Shown: positions 11,030 through 23,649 of the stretch, piece after piece | Numbering within the stretch: the stretch's first letter is position 1 | How the letters are laid out: the number at the start of each line of letters is the position of its first letter | Program-made: the position numbers and the translations under genes | The notes under the pieces: generated by a model | Seen by the model: only the letters and a program-made list of their open reading frames with translations | What the model was told of the DNA's origin: nothing | Database searches by the model: none | Origin: Sphyrna mokarran | Taxonomy: Eukaryota | Direction: 5' to 3' | Assembly: GCA_024679065.1 (NCBI GenBank) | Contig: JAGIQG010000009.1 | Span: 59,644,001 to 59,708,000, forward strand | Length of the DNA stretch: 64,000 nt

Positions 11030-11910
11030 CTCCGGAGTCTTCAACATAATCATTGATGAAGATGAACATCTTGCCAGGGCCATCCTCACACCCCCACTTC
11101 TTGCCTTCAGACAAGCGTGCAACCGCAAACAGACCATTGTTCACAGCAAACTACCCAGCCTTTGGGAGAACAGTAACCACAATACTACACAACTCTGCCA
11201 CAGCAACTTCTGCAAGACATGCCAGATCATTGACATGGACGACATCATCACACGTGAGAATACCATCCACCAGATACACAGCACATTCTCTTGCAACTCG
11301 GCCAACATTATCTACCTAATACGTTGCAAGAAAGGATGTCCTGAAGCATGGTACATTGGGGAGACCGTGCAGACGCTACGACAATAGATGAATGAACATC
11401 GCTCGACAATCACCAGGTAAGACTGTTCCCTTCCTGTTGGCGAACACTTTAGCAGTCACGGGCATTTGGCCTCCGACCTTTGGGTAAACGTTCTTCAAGG
11501 TGGCCTTCACAACACACGACAGCACAGAGTCGCTGAGCAGAGACTGATAGCCAAGTTCCGCACACGAGGACGGTGTTAACAGGGATCTTGGCTTCATGTC
11601 ACACCATCTGTAACCCCCATGACTTGCCTGGATTAGCAAAAAACTTTACTTACTGTGCTGTCTGGAGACAATACACATTCTTTAACCTGTGCTTAGTGCT
11701 CTGTCCACTCACATTGTTACCCACTTTAAGACTTGAACAACAGGTTAGGTGTAAAGATTCTCATTCTAATCAGTAATCTGTAAACAGTCTGTGCTGTTAC
11801 ATGCGCTGTGAGACCAAAACACCTCATTCACCTGACGAAGAGCAGAGCCTCGAAAGCTTGTGAGTTTATTATCAAATAAATCGGATGGATTTAAACCTGG
11901 TGGTGTCACA
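11030..11910 (+). mobile_element. Penelope-like element 3' fragment (GIY-YIG + pseudo-LTR)
   Basis: NIIYLIRCKKGCPEAWYIGET region; highly similar to 9200-10078; ends in the same pLTR family as the 3843-4220 arms. Confidence 0.88.
11827..11864 (+). ncRNA. Minimal type-I hammerhead ribozyme motif in PLE pseudo-LTR
   Basis: TCAC-CTGACGA(11832-11838)-stem II GAG..CTC-GAAA(11852-11855)-GC-TT-GTGA. The core is intact and the palindromic AAGCTT fits a dimeric stem III. Minimal hammerheads are an established PLE feature. Confidence 0.7.
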
Positions 11911-11914
11911 CAGA

Positions 11915-12376
11915 CATCAAGAAATCCACTGGGTATTAGAACTCCCTCTTGGAACCTCATTGGCTAGAAGCCAGAGAAGTTTCTGGAAAGGCAAGCAGGC
12001 AGGGGGATAAAGAGACACATTTCCCGACACCAGCAGCAAAGACTCGATGAAGGAGGCAACACATGACCATCCGGAAGACTGACCAGAGAAGGAAGGAAGA
12101 AGCTGCCGTCGAGATTCACCTTTGTGATGGCTGATCGGAGGGACCCAAGAGAATTGAGCCTGCAGTTTTATCCAAACCATCTTTGCAGGTAGTATACTTG
12201 AGTCTGGAGTATTCTTTTGTTTTTTGTGGATAATTTAAGGGATAACACTGTTATTATAAGTAAACTTGTTGAAACTTTACTTGTGTTTGTCCATCTTGCA
12301 AATAAGGGCATTGGGGTAAAACCTTGGAGTAAGCAAACTGGTTGTAAGTATCTGAGAATTAGCAAGTACAACAACA
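11915..12376 (+). mobile_element. Possible solo/partial LTR-like repeat
   Basis: Non-coding block between a PLE and a CR1, purine-rich then T-rich, ending in ...ACAACA. No second copy in the window. Confidence 0.3.
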
Positions 12377-12404
12377 TACTGCTTTCCATATCTTGATCCT
12401 TTCA

Positions 12405-15240
12405 TTGTTGGCAGTTCCGGGATATAGATGTTTCAGTAAGAATAGGGAAGGCAGTAAAAGAGGTGGAGTAGCAGCATTGTTAATCAAGAATAGTTTAACG
12501 GCTGCGGAAAGGCATTAAGGTGATTTGCCTACTGAGGTAATATGGGCTGAAGTGAGGAATAGGAAAGGATCGGTCACGTTGTTAGGAGTTTTCTATTAGC
12601 CCCCAAATAATAATAGGAGATGTGGAGAAAGAAACGGCAAAGTAGATTATGGATAATTGTGGAGGTCACAGGAAGTTATCATGGGTGACTTTAATTTCCA
12701 AACATTGATTGGAACCTTTATAGGTTGAATAGTTCAGATGGGACACTTTTTGTACAGTGTGTGCAGGAGGCTTCCTGACACAATATGTGAATAAGTCAAC
12801 AACAGACGGGGCCATATTGGACTTGGTACTGGCTAATGAACGAGACCAAGTATTAGATTTGTTTATGGGAGGGCAATTTGGAGATATGATCACAATTCAG
12901 TGTCCTTCATTATTGCAATGGAAAGGGATAGGGTCACATGGCAGGTCAAGGTTTATAATTGGGGTAGGGGTAATTATGATGTGATAAGGCAAGAATTAGG
13001 AAGCATAAGATGGGAACAAAAACGATCAGGTATGGACACAAACGAAAAGTGGAGCTTTTCTTAAAGAACAAATATTGCATAGGTATGTCCCTGTCAGGCA
13101 GGGAGGAAATGGCCAAGTGAGGGAACCATGGTTCACAAAGGAGGTTGAATGTCTTGTTAAGAGGAAAAAGGAAGCATATATAAAGATGAAAAAAAAAACA
13201 AGCTTCAGTTGGGTCGCTTGAGAGTTACAAGGTAGCTAAGAATGAGTTAAAGGAGGGGCTTAGGAGAACTAGGAGGGGGCATGAGAAGTTCTTGGCGAGT
13301 CGGATAACAGAAAATCCCAAGGCTTTATTACTTTTATGGTGAGAAATAAAAGAATGACCAAAGTGAGGTTAGGGCCAGTCAAGGATAGAAGTGGGAATTT
13401 GTGCATGGAATCAGAAGAGGTAGGTGAAGCATTGAATGAATACTTCTCTTCAGTGTTCACTGTGGAGAGGCACCATGTTTTTGAGGATGAGTGCGTGATA
13501 TAGGCTGATAGAATGGAGGAAGCAGATGTTCTAAGGGAAGATGTATTAGCAATTTTGAAAAACCTGAGGGTCGTTAAGTCCCCTGGGCCAAATGCAATAC
13601 ATCCTACGATACTGATGGTGGAAGGGATAAGACTGCTTTGATCTATGGGTCCTCACTGTTCACGGGGATTGTCTCAGTAAAGTTTTACAACACCAATTTT
13701 AAATCCAACCAATTTATTTGGTAATAAATTGGTTGGATTTAAAATTGGTGTTGTAAAACTTTACTGAGTTTACCCCAGTCCAACGCCGGCATCTCTACAT
13801 CACGGGGATTGTGCCAGAGGATTGGAGAGTGACAAATGTTGTTCCCCTCTTCAAGAAAGGAAATAATTACCCTGGTAATTAAAGACCAGTTAGTCTCACA
13901 TCAGTGGTTGGTAAGTGAATAGAAAGGGTTCTGAGGGATAGGATTTAATGACCATTTGGAAAGATGCAGTTTAATCCGGGATAGTCAGCAGCGTTTCGTG
14001 AGGGGTAAGGCCTGCCTCTCAAATTTGACTGAATTCTTTGAGGAGATAACTAGGTAGGAGTGTAGATGAAGGCAGAGGAGTTGATGTTGTGTACATGGAT
14101 TTCAATAAGCATTTGATATGGTTCCTCATGATAGGCTCATGAAGACGATAAGGAGGTGTGGGATAGAAGAAAACTTGGCCAATTGGATAAGTAACTGGCT
14201 CTCTCATAAAAGACACAGGGTGGTGGTGGAGGGAAAATTTTCAGGAGGCCAGTTACCAGTGGTGTACCACAGGGATCAGAGCTGGGTCCTCTGGTATTTG
14301 TGATTTTTATCAATGATTTGGAAGAGGGAGGGGCTAAGGGGTGAGTTAGTAAATTTGCTGATGACATCAAGATTGGTGAAGTAGTGGATGAGGTGGAGGA
14401 ATCTTGCAGGCTGCAAAGAGACATTGATAGGATGCAGAGCTGGGCCAAAAAGTGGCGGATGGAATTTAACTCTAATAATGTGAGGTGATTAATTTTGGTA
14501 GGACAAATTTGAATGCGAATTACCAGGTCAACGGCAGGGTTTTGAGGAATGTGGAGGAACAGAGATCTTGGGGTTTATATCCACAGATCTCTGAAGGTTG
14601 CCACTCAAGTGACTAGAGCTGTGAAGAAGGCTTATAATGTGTTAGCTTTTATTAACAGGGGGTTTGAGTTTAAGAGCTATGGGGTTATGCTGCAATTGTA
14701 CCGGACCTTGGTGAGACCATATTTGGAATATTGTGTGCAGTTCTGGTCACCTCACTATAAAAAGGATGTGGGAGCATTGGAGAAAGCGCAAAGGAGATTT
14801 ACTAGGATGCTGCCTGGTTTGGAGGGTAGGTCTTATGAGGAAAAGTTGAGGGAGCTGTGATTTTCCTCTTTAGAACAGAGGAGGATGAGGGGCAACTTAA
14901 TAGCAGTTTACAAGATGGTGAGGGGGATAGATAGGGACATTCAGAGACTATTTCCTTGGGTGGATGTAGCTGTTACTAGGAGGCATAACTATAAGTTCAT
15001 GTGGGAGATATAGGAGGAATGTCCGAGATAGATTCTTCACTCAGTGGTTGGGATGTGAAATACACTGCCTGCTGTGATAGTGGAGTCAGGTACTTTAGGA
15101 CTTTTAAGCGGTTATTGGATAGGCACATGGAACACACCAGAATAATAGAGTGGGATAGCTTGATCTTGGGTTTGGGCATAGCTCAGCATAACATTGAGGG
15201 TCAAAGGGCCTGTACTGAGCTGTACTGTTCTATGTTCCCA
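12405..15240 (+). mobile_element. CR1 LINE ORF2 (APE endonuclease + RT) and 3' UTR, degraded
   Basis: Motifs MGDFNF, GAILDLVL, FADD and LVRPYLEYCVQFWSPHYKKD (ORF 14549..14860); tail GTTCTATGTTC. Confidence 0.93.
13673..13800. mobile_element. Penelope-derived perfect hairpin mini-insertion inside CR1
   Basis: 46-bp perfect arms at 13673-13718 and 13723-13768 with loop TGGT; PLE tail at 13769-13800; TSD TCACGGGGATTGT at 13660-13672 and 13800-13812. Confidence 0.92.
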
Positions 15241-15914
15241 TGCTTCCATCCCCCTTTCATTACTCTTCTTCACAAATTTCCACACATTCATTTCTAAATG
15301 CTTTGAAATCAGTATCATCCTCTAGTTTTCAGATTACTCCATGGTCTTGCTCACATTAGCTCTGCAATCTCCCCCAGCCAGTGTACTGTACAACCCTCTG
15401 TTTTCCATTACCAGCTTTCTATGATGATCTCTTTCCCCAATGGCTATGAAAAGTTGAAGCTTTTTTCAATAAAACTCTTCCAAAATCATTCTACTCAATT
15501 ACCTCCCTCTTTAATTTCAGAAGACTCAGGAGGTCTCAGGTTTTCAGCCATATTCTTCAAGACTTCCTCTTCTGCTCTGTGTCATTTTTTCCTCAAAAAA
15601 GAACCATGAGATTTCAAAGGCACCAAATTCGTACGGGTATTTGTTATAGTTAGGATTGGAAGGGAGCTCAAGGAAAGGGAAATAAAGCAAATTCTCTAAA
15701 ATACAAGCGTTGTAAATTTAGAATGCAAACAATTTTTCCAGCTGAAGTACATTTAACTGACAAAACATCTAACCTGAAATCACAATCAGACATTGAAATG
15801 GGGAGAATAAAACCATTTTTAGTACAAACACTAAGTGCACAAATTATACTGCCTTTAATTCTTCAATAATCTTTTCACACGTCATAACTGCAATGACACA
15901 TACTCTATTTATAC

Positions 15915-16020
15915 CACGTGTGTTGCTTAAACTAGCACGTGATACATACTTGCTACCTCACGTGGGTGGGAAACAAATTCATTCCTTAGATTGCCAGCTG
16001 CTCCAGAGAGCTTTACATAA
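15915..16020. promoter_or_regulatory. Candidate enhancer: three CACGTG E-boxes and a D-box
   Basis: CACGTG at 15915, 15936 and 15959; TTACATAA (reverse complement TTATGTAA) at 16013-16020. Confidence 0.35.
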
Positions 16021-16194
16021 AGAAGACTTTAAGTCACATTCGCGCTAACAAATCTGTTACAGTAAAAATAGCATTAAAACTGAATATATTAGAAATTGTA
16101 CACTGCATGCACATCTTGCTAGCTTCACACTTTTTATTAAATTTCAATACACAGTGTTGATTCACAACGTTACAGGGGATCTAAGATAAAGGCA

Positions 16195-16390
16195 AAATGC
16201 TAATGCTGGAATCTGAAACAAAAACAGAAAATGCTAAAAAATCTCAGCAGGTCTGACAGCATCTGTGGAGACAACAGACAAAAAGGTCTGATGAAGGGTT
16301 TCCAGACTTGAAATGTTGGCTTTATGATCTCTTCACAGATGTTGTCAGAACTGCTGAGATTTTCCAGCATTTTGTTTTTGTTTCATTTTG
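16195..16390 (+). repeat. Fold-back repeat with hammerhead-like core in the loop
   Basis: Imperfect arms at about 16214-16272 and 16330-16385; CTGATGA at 16288-16294 and GAAA at 16310-16313. Related degenerate copies at about 16985-17085, 43720-43950 and 57985-58150. Confidence 0.65.
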
Positions 16391-16562
16391 TTTTTGTCAT
16401 AGGAGGTCTATTTGTCAAATGAAATTTTGAAATAATTCATAATAAAACTTTAAAACTACTTTTGCTATCTTCAGTTCTTCTGTCTCTCCAGAAAATATAT
16501 ATTTTTAGCATTGCATTTCTCACAATATTTAGTATAAGCTTTATTTATTTTTAATAACTTAC

Positions 16563-16605
16563 CTGGTTTTCTAGATTCCTTCTCTCTCTACCATTCATTG
16601 CAAAT
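16563..16605 (-). CDS. Candidate 43-bp CDC14 micro-exon (FAMNGRERRNLENQ)
   Basis: T-rich tract with CTAAT and TAG acceptor; CAG|GTAAGT donor; open only in the phase-2-in/phase-0-out frame. No homology support. Confidence 0.35.
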
Positions 16606-16659
16606 CTATAATCCAGTAAAATAAACCAATCTCTAATTAGCTTTCCTTAAAGAAAAAAT

Positions 16660-18470
16660 GATAAATAGGAACAGAAGACCATCTGGCCCCTCGAGCTTGA
16701 TGCACCCAACATTCAAACAGATCAGGGCTAATCTCATCATGGCCTTCCCTGCTTGCTACCCATAACCCTCAACTCCCTCATAGATCATAAATCTGTCCCG
16801 CTGAATCTTGAATATATTCAAGACCAAGGTCCACTGCTGACCTCAGATGTAGAAAATTCCAAAAATCCTGTGGGAAGAAATTCCTCCTCTTCAACCTTAT
16901 TGGAAGACTCCTTATTTCGAAACGGTGCTGCCTAGATCAAAATTCCCCACAAGGGGAAACATCCTCAGCACCTATCCTGTCAATCTTATGAAAGGTCATC
17001 AACCTGAAATGTTAACTTTACTTCTCTCCCCTTAATTGCTGAGTAATTCCAGCAGTTTGTTTTTATTTCAGATTCAGCAGTATTGTGCATTTCCCCCAAG
17101 CATCTAACATGTTTCAATAAAATGACACCTCATTCTTTAAACTTCAGCAGTATCAGCCCAAACTTTCTTAGGGACAACTGTCAACCTTTCTCTGACTCTA
17201 ATACAAGAATATTGCTCTTTAAATAGGAAAGCCAAAACTGTATGCAGTACAGTAGATGTGATCCCTCCAATGCCCTCTACAGCTCTAATAAGAAGATTTC
17301 CCTATTTTTGTACTTCACTGCTCTTGCAATAAAGATGAACATTCCATTTACCTTCTTAATTACTTGTTATACCTGTACACTAACTTTTTACAATTCATGA
17401 ACAAGGGCACCCAGATCCTTCTATATCACAGCATTTCTCCATTTAACACTGGGAGGGAGAATAGTGAAAAAGCGGACAAACTCATTTTTCCACATTACTT
17501 TCCATCTGTCGGGTTTTTGCTCAATCGCAAACCTATCTATACCAGTTTGCAGACACACAGTGCCTTCATAAATTGCTTTCCTACATATTTTTACATCATT
17601 ACTTATCTATGCACCTTGAATCAGCAGCAAATTTTGCTACAGTTCACTGTCCCTTTCCAAGTTATTGGCACAAGTTGAGGCCCCAGCAGAGATCCTTATG
17701 GCAACTAGTTAGTTATATCCTGACTTCCTGTTTCCTGACAGCTAGCCAATCCTAATCTTCTATCCATGCTAATTTATTACCCTCAACACCACGAGCTCTT
17801 ATGTTGCGCAACAATATTTAATGTAACATCTTATTGAATGCTTTGGAAATTTGAATACCCAATCTAATGTTTCCTCTTTATCCATCTTGTTTATTAGATC
17901 CTCAAAGAACCCAATAAATTTGTCAAACATGATTTTCCTTCCCAAAAAACATGTTGATTCAGATAGAATTTATTATTTTCTAAATGATTAACTACTACTT
18001 TCTTAATATTGGATTCAAGTATTTTGCAATGATATTATTAGACTAACTCTTTCATTCATGCACAAGTTATTTTTACTGTTCACTAATTTGCTGTGACCGT
18101 TCCAGAATTGGGGGAATTTTACAAGACTCTAATCAGTGCATCAAATGTGTGTGTAGTCGCTCCTTTTACGATTCTGCAAGCCAAAAAGTCCAGGGGATTT
18201 AGTTGCGTTAGCTTTTTTGGTATATTTTTGTCAAATGATATTCTGCCCTCCCTTTTGCCCCGTGCTTTCTGCTATTCTTGGGATGCTTTTAGTGTCTTCA
18301 ATATGACGACAGATACAAAATACTCGTTCAAAGATTCTGCCATCTCCTCCCTTTCCATTTTAATTCCCCAGTCCAATCAGTTAAGGGAGCAGTGTTTGAT
18401 TAATTATTCTTCCTTTTTATACTTCTAGAAGTTATGTCTGCTTTTATATTTCTTGCTACTCTCATTCAAG
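16660..18470 (-). mobile_element. Old degraded CR1 LINE
   Basis: Reverse-strand CR1 3' UTR at 16665-16800, followed by RT-like remnants through about 18400. Confidence 0.75.
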
Positions 18471-18530
18471 TTGCTCCCTTTTTTTTGTTAGATTTTGGAA
18501 ATGCCTTATCAAGAAGGCAGCTTATCTCAC

Positions 18531-18563
18531 TTTGTCAGGACGACCAGAGATGCTCTCATCATA
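18531..18563 (-). CDS. Candidate 33-bp CDC14 micro-exon
   Basis: Acceptor tgctttttcttcattag, donor AAA|GTGAGA; frame-preserving (YDESISGRPDK in phase 0 or MMRASLVVLT in phase 2). No homology support. Confidence 0.25.
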
Positions 18564-18609
18564 CTAATGAAGAAAAAGCAATAATTTTTCCAAATGTTTA
18601 GACTCCTTG

Positions 18610-19125
18610 GGGGCAATTCTCCAAAGCGTTGGATTAGCATAAAAACTGGAGTAAATCACACTGGCTTTTTTCAGCAGAGTTGCAAAGTGAATCTCCTGCA
18701 CTCCATGTACTGCAGAGTGCCTCAGCATAAATCTGTCCAAAAATCAGTGGAACGCATGCACACACGCACCCGCATACACACACCACCACCCATCAGACCG
18801 ACTCTTCCTCCCCGATTGATGGCCAGCCCCAGTTGCCAGCCTACCTCTCTCTGCACTCAGCCCAAATGCAGAGTAGCAACGAGATCCTCCACCCTCACCA
18901 AGGGTGAGGAGGCCTAGGGGGATTTCAATCCCAGGCCTGGCTAATTTACAATACATGCAAATTTAGAACTTCCATACATTATGCAGCTCTGCGCCAATTT
19001 CCAGTGTAGAGCTGACAGCGCTGGAAATTTTTACTAAAGATGTACGGAGGCCATGACCACCAGTGGGGAGCCTACAAAACAGCTTCCACTCAAGTCTTCT
19101 GTGCTCGCTGTGCTGGAATTGCCCC
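18610..19125. mobile_element. MITE with GGGGCAATTC terminal inverted repeats (Harbinger-like)
   Basis: GGGGCAATTC at 18610-18619 and GAATTGCCCC at 19116-19125 around a GC-richer non-coding core; TSD not clear. Confidence 0.6.
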
Positions 19126-19199
19126 ATCATCTCTGCCTTGTTCTTAGCTGTCAACCAAAGTACAGAACCACTTTTCTGACCAATATATCCTCAGCTCTT

Positions 19200-20420
19200 A
19201 GCAAATGACTTTTCATTCTTCATTATTCCAAAGTTTATCTCAAATCATCATGCTATCATGCTCTCTCCTGAGTTCACTCCTTTTCTATTCTCTCCAAATT
19301 GCTCCATATAAACTTTCCTATTCAGAACCATCCCTACTATCTTAACTGTCCTTGTCACCTCTACTGTGTCACTGATGAGGCCACTTCTGATTTCTTCCTT
19401 GTGTCTCTCTCCACTCATAAGCCCCTTCCAACTTCACATTCTTATCCATTGCTGGAAAACTAATTCACTCAGGACACTTCCAAAATTCAAAACAATCCAG
19501 TTTTTTGCCTTCCATGCACCATAATATTTCTTCAGCTACCAATCTGCTCAATCACTACCTCACTTTTGATGCTTTTCTCCCCATTACTCTCCTACACACC
19601 CACGAGGCAAGTTCCTGAACAATTGCAAAGTCTGGCTAGATCTCTATCATCACGGCTTATTAAACCAGGAATACAAATATGCAGCACAACTTCACTACAA
19701 AAGTATTCTCCCTCGTCCCTCCAACTTCATCTCAAGTGCAAGCACTTTGTACTAAGATGGAGAATATTTGTCCAGCTGTCATTGCTGCTTATCTTCCCTT
19801 CCCCTAACTCAGTAGAATTTTCCCTAAAGCTACCAAACTGTCTAACCCTCCACCTACACCTTTCTCTACCTGCTCTTGTAGCTCATTTTCACCACAAGCC
19901 CAAACTCCTGCTCGCTTGACCTATTTTCACTTAGCTGTTTAAGAACTCAACTTCTTTCTAGAACCCATCTTAGCCAATATTTACAGATCCCTCTCATCAG
20001 ATACTGACTGTCTTTCCTTGAAGTATGTTAAAATCTCCCAACACCACAAAATCTGTCCTTAATAATACAGGATCTGTCCTTACTAATGACCACCTCCTCT
20101 CCAGCTCTCCTTTCCTCTCAAGTGCTGAAATATGTTGCTTTCTTCCGATATATGTCATCTTTCCCTCAACTCCATGTCTGAATCCTCTCAGATTTCCACA
20201 CATAAACAGCCATAATCAAATCCATAAATTTCAGCTTTTATGACTGGTAAGCTATCCTGCCTTACCCTTGCCTGGTCTGCAGTTTTTTTTTTTTACATAA
20301 CTGACAGTACCGTACTCCTTCAATGCCTGTCCTCTATTATGCAGTTGGATGGGTTGCCCTGTGTTGGTTCCATTCCTATTCATCTAGCTGTAGTCAGAGA
20401 ATCACTTGCAATAAACGTTA
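19200..20420 (+). mobile_element. Highly degraded L2-type LINE ORF2 fragment
   Basis: C/T-rich strand bias; 20250-20400 resembles the L2 RT segment LDLSAAF..D...LL..L....L.G..L.WF.SYL. Confidence 0.5.
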
Positions 20421-23400
20421 CTGCCTACTAATTATAATGATTGAGGCATGCAGTTTCGTGCTGAACGTGTAGTTTGGTGGCTATATATCTCAGTAGAAGG
20501 CTGAAGTTTTTGTAAAGTTAGCACCATTTAAAACTAACCTGCTTAAAGACAAGGTGCATTCTGGCTAAAACAGGGACTAAAGTTGTGAGAAAGCAGTCAA
20601 ATTCTGGAAGCAATTTGAGAAATTGAATAGAACATGTCCCACAGTTCTCTAATGCAGAAGTAATGCAGGAAAGAGAGAAGTCTTCTTCTCTCAGGAGCTG
20701 TATGGTCCCTCCAATTTCTGAAAAGGTAAAAAGCCATCTTTTTTTTCTTTATTCTTTTATGGGAATTGGGTATCACTGGCAAGTATTGTTGCCCATCCCC
20801 AAATTAACTGAGTGGCCCATTTCAGAGGACAGTTCACAAATCAATGACATTGTTTTGGATTTGGAGTCTCATGTAAACTGGACCAGGTAAAGATGGCAGA
20901 TTTCCTACAGGAAATTAGAGAATTAAGTATTAATGACAATTAACAGTGGCTTCACAGTCATTGAATTTGAATTTCAAATTTGTTTTTTTTAGTGAATTCA
21001 AATATCACTACTATGCGCAGCTGGTGCACACCAGTACACATGCATACAAAGCACCTTTACTGTTCAGCTCTCTGGCTTACTGGTCTCTTTTGACTAGTCA
21101 CATGACTTCTGTATCTTAACCTCCTTTCTATTGGTGCTGTTGCCAAGCCACATTAGCCAATATTTATTATCCAAAAAAATTGCAATTGATCCCTTTTCAG
21201 TTGAGGCAAACTCTTAAAAATTCTTTGCAACCCTTCTTAAAAACAACATAGATTCCAGAGATGTTCTAAAAAAACTACTTTTAAAAAAATAATCCTTACT
21301 TTACTGCTTCTGAATCAAATTCTACACATAGGGATGAGACTTTAACTGAGAGATTCTTTTCAATATGTACTCTCAGCAGAAATATAATAATTTCATTCTA
21401 GGAGATGACCACTGAGCATATGATCAATTGAAAGCAGCAAAAAGTGGGAACAGCAAGTACAATTGCTGATAATTTCAACATACATTTAACTAAACTTAAC
21501 TAGTTTCATGCACAAAATAAGGAACAGTAAAAATCAGAGACTCCAACTCTTGTTCCAAATTATTTTGCTATTAGCCACCAGCTGTATCTATTTTGATAAA
21601 GCAGCTGTTTGCACTCACAATCAACAAGAACAAGCTGAAACCATGGCAACTTCCTCACCATTGCTGCTAATTATTACAGTGTCTACACACAAAAAAATAA
21701 TTTGTCAATGCTAGTTACAGAAATCAAAAGTTTTCATCCAGCTTGTTCATTAGGTATTTCCACAAAGGTTAAGTCCTAACAAACAGGTACATACACAAGC
21801 CCATTTCATTACTATACCCTTTTAATAACTAAATCCTCATTTCTTTGTACTAATAACCAATACATACATCATTACTGTATCCACTTTTGAAAAACTAATG
21901 TGCATACATTCCATTGCTGAATCCTGCATAACTAACTAGCAACCAATGTCAGTCACGTTGCATAGCACTCCTCCAGTCAACAAAATTAAATGCACAGTGC
22001 AAAAATCAAATGTTGCATGTGCATTTCTAGGGCAACAATTTGGCACAAAGTTTATTTTTTGAATTTCAACGAAAATGTTATGTACAAGTCATATACATGG
22101 AATACTGCATTCCACTTTGTAAAACGCAGCTTTCTTTCACAAGTGAAAGAGACAAATAAAAATTACTCAAATCTATTTTGTGCAAGTTACACTGCCTTCA
22201 AATTGCTTATAAATATTAAGACTCAACACTGTACATGGAATACTTTTAGTTTGTTGCCCTTACGTGCAGAAACTCAGGTGAAAGATGCATTTATACACAC
22301 CATTATAATACAAGCAACCAATAGTGAAGATAAAAGTGTACAGAATTAAAAGAAAAGTAAACACATGTATAGAAATGGTTTGAGGAGTGAAAACAAAAGG
22401 CAAGGCTCCTGGACTGAGAAAATGTGCTGAGTAGTATAAAATAGAGGTTTATGTTGAAGCATCTCTTAATTATTACATGGGAACATGAGTTCACCATTCA
22501 GTTCTGCAAACCTGCCTATTTTATTATACTACGACTACCCACTCACTTTTCTCCAAGATTATAAGTATATGGAAGAGAAGGGAATGGTTTAGTTTGGAGG
22601 GGCATTGCTTTTTATTTTGGTCGGCACAACATCGAAGGCCAAAGGGCCTGTTCTGTGCTGTAATGTTCTATGTTCTATGTTCTATTTCCAGTTTTGAAAA
22701 TTTCAACTGAACCAGCATATATACCCTTTCTAGAAAGTGTCATGTTTCCACTATCTTGTGAAAGTGTGGTTCTTGATTTCACTCCTAAATCATCCAGCTC
22801 TAACTTTTAAGCTTTCCTTTCTTTTCATGGAACACCATACCTGAGAAATTAGTTTCTTTGTGCCCACCCTTTTGAATTTTGTCAACATTTTAAATACTTT
22901 GATTACAAAGCAAGTTTATTCAACCTAGTCTGTTGAAGTTCAACTGTTGAAGTTCGAATATCAGTAGCCTTTTCACAATCAAAATATTTTTGAGATTTAA
23001 TGCCCAAAACTAAAGACTGTACACACCAGAAGTGAACTGACAACTTCTGTATTACAATTCTTTTCTGGTAAAAGATCAGCATTCCAATGGCTTTTTGATT
23101 AGTACTTATGCAATAGTTTAAATAATTGTGTACATTATGTACAAATTCCCTTGCTCTGCCATTATGTTTAATTTAAAAATGCATTCCAATTTTCCTTTCT
23201 CAGGGTCAACATTTAATTCCATCTGCCAAAGTTAACTTCAGCCTTTGTAATTCCAGTTCCCATTTATGCATCTTACTTGCCTCCCAGTTTAGTATAATGT
23301 AATCTACAAACTTGGAAAAGAAATTCTTTATTCTTTCATCCAAGTCATTTAATTATATGGTGTAAAACCAAGATTCCAGGTACATTGCAACATCATTTAT

Positions 23401-23649
23401 TAAATCCCATCTGAAAATCTTCACCAATCATCTGGGTGAGGAAATAATATTGAAATTTGGGAAATTGTGTCAAGAATCACAGAAGACCATAGCAGGATGA
23501 ACATTAATAAATAGTCCAGAAAGACCAGTTGTCCAGAATAACTCAATGGGCCCCACAACTGTCAAACTCACTATTTGCAGCACTGTAATGAATTGTGAAA
23601 TGGGGGAGCCACACAAGGTCAATGAACAGAAAAAGAACCAATTAATTAG

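Noticed and set aside
21300-21345. Possible small minus-strand exon
   Set aside because: Open only in a phase incompatible with neighbouring exons; poor pyrimidine tract.
21480-22520. Repeat-free AT-rich block resembling a 3' UTR or terminal exon
   Set aside because: No convincing acceptor or coding homology; cannot be supported without transcripts.
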